Shown here piece after piece: positions 39,431-46,195 of a DNA stretch of 46,195 nt. The stretch comes from Candidatus Thorarchaeota archaeon. GTDB lineage: Archaea; Asgardarchaeota; Thorarchaeia; Thorarchaeales; Thorarchaeaceae. The notes below the pieces were generated by a model that saw only the letters and a list, made by a program, of their open reading frames with translations, made no database searches and was not told where the DNA came from. The translations under genes were made by a program, and so were the position numbers. Location of the stretch: contig JBHLQH010000028.1 in the NCBI GenBank assembly GCA_048884965.1, positions 1 through 46,195 on the forward strand, in the 5' to 3' direction. The stretch's first letter is position 1, and the number at the start of each line of letters is the position of its first letter.

Positions 39431-40219
39431 GTGACAGAAATGAAGAAACTACTTGTGACCCTCACCGTGGCTGAAAGCAAGCGTTTGATTGCGAAAGGTC
39501 TGCTTGCTCTTGATGAAGTCCAGACTGCCCTTGATGAGGGCTATCTCTGTATAACCCTAGGAACTACATCATCCTATCTGGTTGAAGAGATTCTGGGCGA
39601 GTATGACAAGACCAAACATGTCGCGGGTCTAACCGTGAAGGAAGGTATGTCGGTTCTCGCTAAGGATAAGCGTGCGTTCGATGCCATCTTCTACAAAGGT
39701 CAGTATCTGGAAGGCAAGAAGGTCATAGATGTCATTGAGGAACTCGGCCCGAACGATGTTATCATAAAGAGTGCCAATGCCCTAGATTCTGGAATGGTAC
39801 CACTGGTGATGCTCGCCAGTGAAACTGGAGGGACTGTAGGCTCCTTCTTGGGAGCTGCTGCATCGAAGAACATCACGGTCATCATGCCAGCCGGTCTTGA
39901 GAAGTGCATCCCCGCGAGCTATGAGGATATCGCAGGAAGATTTGGAAAGGATGACTGGGACTATAGCATTGGCATACCCGTGGGCATCATTGCAGTGCCT
40001 GAAGGAATTCCTTTCACAGAGATAGAGGCACTTGAGATCCTATTCGGTGTCGAAGTCATCCCATTTGGAGCAGGCGGAGTCAATGGAGCTGAAGGTGCCG
40101 TCACGCTCTTCATTGAAGGAGATGATGAAGATATAGAAATTGTGTACGATTTTCTCAAGGACATCAAGGGCGAACCTCCGTTCCCCGAAATCAAGGACAT
40201 CGTGAAGGACTTTTGGTAG
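39431..40219 (+). CDS. Conserved hypothetical protein
   Basis: LTVAESKRLIAKG, GTT, IKSANALD, GGT, PAGLEK, GGVNGAEG look like conserved motifs; tightly spaced in the purB operon. Confidence 0.7.
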   Translation: MTEMKKLLVTLTVAESKRLIAKGLLALDEVQTALDEGYLCITLGTTSSYLVEEILGEYDKTKHVAGLTVKEGMSVLAKDKRAFDAIFYKGQYLEGKKVIDVIEELGPNDVIIKSANALDSGMVPLVMLASETGGTVGSFLGAAASKNITVIMPAGLEKCIPASYEDIAGRFGKDDWDYSIGIPVGIIAVPEGIPFTEIEALEILFGVEVIPFGAGGVNGAEGAVTLFIEGDDEDIEIVYDFLKDIKGEPPFPEIKDIVKDFW

Positions 40220-40232
40220 GAAGTGAAGAGCT

Positions 40233-41000
40233 ATGATTGATGGCCCAGTGATACAGACAAAGGGATTGACCAAGATATTCGAGAAGGGCAAGAAGCGAGA
40301 GGTCATCGCACTGGACTCGGTTGACTTGGAGATAGAACGAGGAGAGGTCTTTGGATTGCTCGGACCGAATGGTGCTGGCAAGACTACCCTCATCCGATTG
40401 CTCGTCGGATTGCTTACTCCAACAAAAGGTACTGCGATGGTACTCGGAAAGGACGTCACCAAGGATACGAACTATATCCGCGAGCGGGTAGCGCTGCTCC
40501 CGCAAGAAGCGGGTATCTATGAGAGACTAACTGCACGTGAGAACCTCATCTACTATGGAGGATTCTATGGCATTCCAAAGGAGGACCTAAACGAACGAGC
40601 TGATAGGTTACTCGACTTGGTTGGATTGCGGGAGAAGGAGGACTTCCAAGTTAAGGGATTCAGCGGGGGGATGAAACGGAAAGTCCTGGTTGCTCGTGCT
40701 CTGATCATAGAGCCTGAGATAGTGTTCTTGGACGAGCCCACTACAGGGATTGATACTCTGGGGGCACGAATCGTACGGAACATGTTGAAGAAGCTGAGCG
40801 CTGAAGAGAAGCGAACTATTATTCTAACTACTCATGACCTCAATGAAGTCTCTGAACTTTGTGATAGAGTAGGCATACTCAACAACGGGAAGCTTGCTGC
40901 CATTGGAAAACCTCAACACCTAGAGGAGAAGTTCAAGGCTGCAAACTTAGAAGATGTGTTCACTGGATTAGTGACTGGTGAAGGAGTCTACGGAGAGTGA
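40233..41000 (+). CDS. ABC transporter ATP-binding protein (ABC-2 exporter type)
   Basis: Walker A GPNGAGKTT, FSGGM, Walker B LDEPT, TTH. Confidence 0.96.
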   Translation: MIDGPVIQTKGLTKIFEKGKKREVIALDSVDLEIERGEVFGLLGPNGAGKTTLIRLLVGLLTPTKGTAMVLGKDVTKDTNYIRERVALLPQEAGIYERLTARENLIYYGGFYGIPKEDLNERADRLLDLVGLREKEDFQVKGFSGGMKRKVLVARALIIEPEIVFLDEPTTGIDTLGARIVRNMLKKLSAEEKRTIILTTHDLNEVSELCDRVGILNNGKLAAIGKPQHLEEKFKAANLEDVFTGLVTGEGVYGE

Positions 41001-41004
41001 TTTG

Positions 41005-42207
41005 ATGCAACGACTAAAACTAAGCAATAAGACCTATTGGATGCTCAAGAAAGAAATCAAAGAAGTATTGCGATCCCGATGGCTCCTCGTAGGATTCATC
41101 ATAAGTCCTCTCTTTGCATGGGTCTTTGAAGGCTTTTTCCTATCCTTCATTGTGACACAGTCAGTCGAAGAACCAGAGTTGGTCTATTTCACTAATGATG
41201 ACACTGGAGTCTGGGGGAAGAACCTCATGCGCAATATCACTGGAGTGCAAGAGGACCTGATGATCAGCGATTTGATCAATGTGACCAAACAAGAAGGAGA
41301 AGAATTGGTCGCCAACAAAACACTAACCGTATGGCTGTATATACCTGCAAACTTTACTCGGGAACTACAAGATACCACTCAATCAACATTAGTGATATGG
41401 TATAATTCCGCCAATATACGAGCATCATCAGCGTATGCGCGACTCAATGCCTATGCCAACATGATCGTTGACGAGGAGGTCGTGATTAGAGATCTCACAG
41501 TGATCCCTCAAACCATAGCGCCAGAGGCGAACTTTGGGCATCAGCTTGCGATCTTCTTGGTTATGATTACATCCGTCCTCGCACCTTCTCCCTATGTAAG
41601 TAAGTCGTTCGCAGGAGAACGAGAGCGGAATACCCTTGAGGCGCTTCTGGTAGTGCCGATGAGCAGAATCAAGATACTAGGGGCAAAAGTGTTCGCGGGA
41701 ATCCTGCTTACCATGATATACTCCGTATTCACCGTTGTGGGAATCCTCTTCTATAACTGGTGGATTATCTTCAGAGCTGCACCGCTACCACCAGGATTCG
41801 CAGAATACTACGTCAGTCTGTATATAGTGAATACTGAAACAATTCCTCTGATATTCTTCTGCCAATTCCTAGTCCTACTCTGTGCAATTGGCATTGGAAT
41901 CACTATATCGACCTTGACAAAGGATCAAGCGAGCTCAGAGTCAGTGAATAATCTCGTACTGCTCGTGCCCACCTTTGTTGTGGGGATACTTGGATTCACA
42001 GGAAGTATTCTTCAATACGGGGGATTGTTTGGGATTTTCGTATTGGCAATTCCCTTTAGTCATGCGATAATCATCCTAACAGGCGTGCTCTCTGGAGTGG
42101 CATCGCCACTCAGCATCTTAGGGAATGTGCTCTATTTGGTATCGTTCACCATCATCTTCTTGGTCATCGGTGCCAAGCTCTTCGAACGTGAGGCAATTAT
42201 ATCCTGA
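41005..42207 (+). CDS. ABC-2 type permease (NatB-like)
   Basis: TM, extracellular loop, then ~5 TM; AGERERNTLEALLVVPMSR..ILGAK. Start moved downstream of the ATPase stop. Confidence 0.9.
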   Translation: MQRLKLSNKTYWMLKKEIKEVLRSRWLLVGFIISPLFAWVFEGFFLSFIVTQSVEEPELVYFTNDDTGVWGKNLMRNITGVQEDLMISDLINVTKQEGEELVANKTLTVWLYIPANFTRELQDTTQSTLVIWYNSANIRASSAYARLNAYANMIVDEEVVIRDLTVIPQTIAPEANFGHQLAIFLVMITSVLAPSPYVSKSFAGERERNTLEALLVVPMSRIKILGAKVFAGILLTMIYSVFTVVGILFYNWWIIFRAAPLPPGFAEYYVSLYIVNTETIPLIFFCQFLVLLCAIGIGITISTLTKDQASSESVNNLVLLVPTFVVGILGFTGSILQYGGLFGIFVLAIPFSHAIIILTGVLSGVASPLSILGNVLYLVSFTIIFLVIGAKLFEREAIIS

Positions 42208-42218
42208 AACCGAATGGC

Positions 42219-43616
42219 TCAGTAAATGGGCCATTTTGGTTCTATTTTTACTCCGGATCGCTCAAGTAGTTTCTCACTATGCGCGAGAGCCTTTGTGCGA
42301 ACCTTCTCCTCATCAAGGGTTAGGAGATTCTTCCCGCGCATCAGAATCCTACCATTCACAATAGTGGTATCGACATAGTATCCACTTCCTGCATAGACGA
42401 TATTCGATACAGGATTCGAATTGGGAGTAAGACCGATTGATGACACATCGATGATGATCACATCAGCTTTCTTGCCTACCTCAAGGGACCCAATGTGCTC
42501 CTTCAGACCTATCGCACTAGCGCCGCCCAATGTTGCCATCTCGATTACTTGCTCTGCGCTTGCAGCAAGCGGATCATTCACTACGGACTTGTGAACCAAC
42601 GCAGCCTGCCGCATCTCTCTAATCATGTCGTATGTGTTGTTGCTCGGGCCTCCATCACAGCCCAGTGACACGGACACGCTTCTCTTCAGCATCTGGGGAA
42701 TCTTGGCGAAGCCAGAGGCTAGCTTGGCGTTGCTGGATGGACAGTGAGAGATGTTACTCCCTGATTCAGCGAGCACTTCCAGTTCGGCATCCTCGAAGTG
42801 GATACCATGAGCAAAGACCATGTCAGATCCTAAAAGGTCCATATCCTTTGCGAAGCTTGTGAGGTTAGGATAGCCATGATCCTTAACATAACGGACATCG
42901 TCAACAACTTCACCAAGATGCATGGTCATACCTGTCTGCTTCTCCCGAGTTAGCCTAGCAACGTCTTTGAATAGGTCATGACTGACACCACCAAGGGATC
43001 TCAATCCATACCAGACTTGCAGTCTTCCCTCTGCACCACCGTGCCACTTCCGATACATCTCATCGGTCTCTCGAAGGCATTCATCTGCATTTTCCACCAT
43101 CCCAGGGTACATGATATCAGGATTGTCTGCATAGCCAGTCGAATCCATCACTATCTTTGATAGAGCTGCACGCAGACCCACTTCTTTGACGCTCTCTGCG
43201 ATTTGATCAAAGCCATAGCGACTGTGGATCATGCACTCAATGAAGGATGTCGTACCAGTACGGATCATCTCAGCCATACAGAGCTCGGCAGATACTCTGC
43301 CATCCATTCCTTGGAAATTGCCTTGCAGGACCCATACATAGTCCTTCAACCAATTAACAAGAGACACATCATCGGCACATCCTCTAATTAGGGCTTGAGC
43401 AAGATGAACATGAGTATCAATGAGTCCAGGCATCACAATGCCCTTCTTTGCATCAATGGTTTCATCTGCCTTGTAGGTAGATAGCTTCTCCGTCTTTCCT
43501 ATCGCAGTGATTTGGTCCCCTTCAATGAAGATGGCACCATCTCTAATTATCTCTCTTCTTGGATTCAGTGTCAAAACATACCCGTTCGTGATAAGGATGC
43601 TATCTGTCGATGTCAA
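42219..43616 (-). CDS. Amidohydrolase (MtaD/AtzA/SsnA-like deaminase family)
   Basis: PGLIDTHVH, GTT, HLGE, AHGIH, HCPSSNAKLASG, LGCDG, GSLEVGKKAD. Confidence 0.92.
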   Translation of the reverse strand: MTSTDSILITNGYVLTLNPRREIIRDGAIFIEGDQITAIGKTEKLSTYKADETIDAKKGIVMPGLIDTHVHLAQALIRGCADDVSLVNWLKDYVWVLQGNFQGMDGRVSAELCMAEMIRTGTTSFIECMIHSRYGFDQIAESVKEVGLRAALSKIVMDSTGYADNPDIMYPGMVENADECLRETDEMYRKWHGGAEGRLQVWYGLRSLGGVSHDLFKDVARLTREKQTGMTMHLGEVVDDVRYVKDHGYPNLTSFAKDMDLLGSDMVFAHGIHFEDAELEVLAESGSNISHCPSSNAKLASGFAKIPQMLKRSVSVSLGCDGGPSNNTYDMIREMRQAALVHKSVVNDPLAASAEQVIEMATLGGASAIGLKEHIGSLEVGKKADVIIIDVSSIGLTPNSNPVSNIVYAGSGYYVDTTIVNGRILMRGKNLLTLDEEKVRTKALAHSEKLLERSGVKIEPKWPIY

Positions 43617-43676
43617 GGTATAACCTCCGATGACGGAAATCCCAAGGGTACCTCTTTCATCATAACGGTTTTGGTC

Positions 43677-45473
43677 TTATTCCATGAGGTCGAAAGTGAT
43701 AGTGACCTCAAGCCCCTTCTCAGGTTCGCCATGCACACGATCGCCGACCGCTAGATGAGCCTCATACTTCGTCGCTAATCGACGGACGAGATGAATTCCA
43801 ACACCACTCGACCTACGGGTGGGGTCGAACAATCGAGATTTCTGCTTGTGGTCGAGACCAGGACCATTATCTGCGAACTTGAGGGTGAAATAGTTCGGTC
43901 CCTTACGCCCTGCAATCCAGAGTCGCTTATCCTTGCTTGGATTGTGCTTCACCGAGTTCTCCATGAGATTCCAGAAGAGGTGACCAAGAGCTGCATTCGC
44001 GCGAACGATGACCTCATCCGGGATACCCTCGACCTCAGGTGTGATGCCATACTGACCTGAGAATAATCGTATCTGAGTCCTCAGGACGTAGGCTAGGTCG
44101 GTCTGCAGAAGAGGTTCGTTCTTGGATTCCTCAGCGCGACGAATATTGCCTATGAGCTCTATGCACCGACTCGCTCCGTCGAGGACATACCTCCGAGCGT
44201 TCTCAATCTCTGAAGGAGTGGATTCCTTATCAAGGAGGTCTGCTCCAGCCAGTATCAATTGGAGCTGATTACCTATGTCATGGAGAAGTAGATCAAGTAG
44301 GAATCGTGCTTCAGCCTCTGCACGTTTCAGGTCAGATACGTCCGTAAAGACAGCAAAGCTACCTTGATAGTTCTCAGCAGCGTTCAACCAAGGTGCGGCA
44401 TGCACAATTGTCGGCACCAATTCGCCAGATTTGTGTAGGAGATTGACCTCGTAATGCTCATGTCGGCCTTCTCTTCGTTCCCTAACTTTCTCCTCGATAT
44501 CCTTGTGAGTCCAACCATGTACCCAGAGTGTTATTGGTTGCCCAATAAGGTCACTGGGAGAATCATATCCTAGCATATCGCAGAGTGCTTGATTTGCGAG
44601 TCTGCAGATTCCTTTCTCATCGTCAACACAAAGTCCAGAGTCCATTGTTTCGATGAGTGTTCTGTGTTTGTGCTCTGACTCCACCAAGGCGCTCTTCTGT
44701 TCGAGGTCCTCAGTGATATCTAGGACTTGAGCGACTGATTTGATGGCACCATCATCGCTTTTCATCGTGCTTACACTAATCATAAGGTCAATGACTGAAC
44801 CATCTTTGTGAATTCCTTGGCAATTATAGACAGAAGGCACTTCCTCTCCGCGTTGGCGTTTCATATAGTTGCTAGTGACTAGGTCAATGGAGTCTGGATG
44901 AAGCAATTCTCGAAAGTCTTTTCCCAGTACCTCTCCTCGAGTTCTGCCAACTATCTCACAGAGCATATCATTCGTATATTCAATAGTGAATTTGGTATCA
45001 ACAATAATAATACCAAGGAACTTCGAATGGTCAAGGATAATCTGAAAGAGACCATCCTGCTGCCGTAGCTTTTCTTCGACTGCGTTTCTGCGCGTCATGT
45101 CAGTGGAGAACACAACAAAGCCCACTGGCTGTCGATTGTGCGTGATAAGATGCGCGGATGTTTCCGTAGAAACCTCGGCGCCATCCTTCCGTTTGACGCG
45201 TAGACCCATTGGGCTTGGTTTTACTCCTTCAGCTAGTCTCTTTAGTCCCTCTGCCACGGTCCGTACCTGAGGTGTGGAAACAAGATCTTTGACAGAGAGG
45301 TCCTCAGTGATGTCCGCTTGTGTCATTCCAAGGGTATCTAACGCTTGTTGGTTCATGTATAGTATTCTAAGATTGAGATCGACTTCAGTGATTGCGATGG
45401 GAATGTTGTCAGCTATCGCTCTGAAGTGCTCTCGGTCAAGCTCATCTAATGAGGGTGCGTGTTTGTCTTTCAT
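43677..45473 (-). CDS. Cytoplasmic sensor histidine kinase with three PAS/PAC domains
   Basis: Three PAS repeats ending in DMT, DIT and DVS; H-box LLHDIGNQL; N-box NLMENSVKH; DNGPG; GVG. No TM segments. Confidence 0.92.
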   Translation of the reverse strand: MKDKHAPSLDELDREHFRAIADNIPIAITEVDLNLRILYMNQQALDTLGMTQADITEDLSVKDLVSTPQVRTVAEGLKRLAEGVKPSPMGLRVKRKDGAEVSTETSAHLITHNRQPVGFVVFSTDMTRRNAVEEKLRQQDGLFQIILDHSKFLGIIIVDTKFTIEYTNDMLCEIVGRTRGEVLGKDFRELLHPDSIDLVTSNYMKRQRGEEVPSVYNCQGIHKDGSVIDLMISVSTMKSDDGAIKSVAQVLDITEDLEQKSALVESEHKHRTLIETMDSGLCVDDEKGICRLANQALCDMLGYDSPSDLIGQPITLWVHGWTHKDIEEKVRERREGRHEHYEVNLLHKSGELVPTIVHAAPWLNAAENYQGSFAVFTDVSDLKRAEAEARFLLDLLLHDIGNQLQLILAGADLLDKESTPSEIENARRYVLDGASRCIELIGNIRRAEESKNEPLLQTDLAYVLRTQIRLFSGQYGITPEVEGIPDEVIVRANAALGHLFWNLMENSVKHNPSKDKRLWIAGRKGPNYFTLKFADNGPGLDHKQKSRLFDPTRRSSGVGIHLVRRLATKYEAHLAVGDRVHGEPEKGLEVTITFDLME

Positions 45474-45643
45474 GGGGATGCCAACAGCAAGTTTCTTCCT
45501 AAATTCGTAAAGCCCTATTTCCTCTTGAATCGGACATATTCAACCTATAATACTTTGGTGTTGTAAATCCATTGGGACAACATCTTAAAGTGGGATTAGT
45601 ACTCGTACTTTCGAACGGATGAATATCTGGAAGGTGCTATACT

Positions 45644-46126
45644 TTGGGACATATCCTCTCCATCGACCATGAGAAATGTACTGGATGTAGAAATTGTGAG
45701 CTTGCTTGTTCAGTTGCACACTACAAGGAGTTCAACCCAGCGCGATCCCGAATTCAGGTGATTAAGCAGGAGCATGCCAATCTTATCTCCCCAATGGTAT
45801 GTCTACAGTGTGAGCTACCTCTTTGCAGAGATGCATGTCCAACTGGGGCAGTGACAGAGAATGAGCACGGGGTCCTTTATGTGGATTCTGAGGTGTGTAT
45901 CGGATGCATGAGTTGCGTGACTGCATGTATCTACGGAGGGATTACTATAGATCCCAACACCAAGAAAGCAATCAAGTGCGACCTATGTTGGGGAAAACCG
46001 GCATGTGTCAATGCATGCGAGTATGAAGCGATAATCTACATGCCGCGAGAGGAAGGGTTGAGTACGAGGTTTGTAGGGTCCAAGCTCAGTCGAGTTGCGG
46101 CAGGTATAGCAAGGGAGGGTGAATGA
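45644..46126 (+). CDS. 4Fe-4S dicluster electron-transfer protein (AOR-associated)
   Basis: CTGCRNCELAC, CLQC..PLC..ACP, CIGCMSCVTAC, KCDLC..PACVNAC. Confidence 0.93.
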   Translation: MGHILSIDHEKCTGCRNCELACSVAHYKEFNPARSRIQVIKQEHANLISPMVCLQCELPLCRDACPTGAVTENEHGVLYVDSEVCIGCMSCVTACIYGGITIDPNTKKAIKCDLCWGKPACVNACEYEAIIYMPREEGLSTRFVGSKLSRVAAGIAREGE

Positions 46127-46127
46127 A

Positions 46128-46195
46128 ATGACATTTCCATACAAGGGATATGCTGGATATTATCTTGATATTGATTTGACAAAAGGGAAGATTCA
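46128..46195 (+). CDS. Aldehyde:ferredoxin oxidoreductase family protein, N-terminal fragment (runs off window)
   Basis: ATG 46128 gives MTFPYKGYAGYYLDIDLTKGKI, matching the GYxG..LxIDL N-terminal signature of AOR; lies just after the ferredoxin gene. Not in the ORF track. Confidence 0.75.
   Translation, partial: MTFPYKGYAGYYLDIDLTKGKI

Noticed and set aside
204-45510. Many 60-140 aa ORFs in the track overlapping long genes (e.g. 24324-24710, 27435-27809, 39042-39422, 40040-40462)
   Set aside because: Antisense or alternate-frame shadows of well-supported CDSs, with no recognisable motifs.
46124-46130. UGA read-through (selenocysteine) fusing ferredoxin and AOR
   Set aside because: The AOR ATG is out of frame with the ferredoxin and has its own GGAGGGTGA site; this is ordinary translational coupling.
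1-46195. CRISPR array, tRNA/rRNA, transposase or integrase
   Set aside because: Intergenic gaps are all under ~230 bp, with no periodic repeats or cloverleaf-like sequence seen; no ORF has recombinase or transposase motifs.

Overview
Gene-dense archaeal window with no RNA genes, CRISPR array or mobile-element enzyme. Archaeal origin rests on an archaeal-type SHMT-fold protein, a PflX radical SAM, a ferredoxin/AOR pair and BRE/TATA-like promoters. The repertoire suggests an Asgard (Thorarchaeota-like) genome, which is inference only. Bases 1 to ~34.5 kb are an AT-rich surface-glycosylation island. It holds three nucleotide-sugar 6-dehydrogenases (two are tandem paralogs), two SDR epimerase/dehydratases, two nucleotidyltransferases, five GT4, two GT2, two flippases, about five GT-C-like membrane proteins, and a fused class-II glutaminase/N-acetyl-sugar amidotransferase. 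It also holds an unusual module: an SHMT-fold PLP enzyme lacking its folate-binding elements, next to an adenylate-forming ligase. From ~35.5 kb the DNA is more GC-rich core genome: hypC, PflX-like radical SAM, a degenerate YgeW/OTC-like carbamoyltransferase, purB, a conserved hypothetical, an ABC-2 exporter, an amidohydrolase, a 3-PAS histidine kinase, and a ferredoxin plus the start of an aldehyde:ferredoxin oxidoreductase. Best candidate for an undescribed system: the 17.0-22.7 kb glycan-tailoring module. All calls come from motif recognition by eye; no searches were run.
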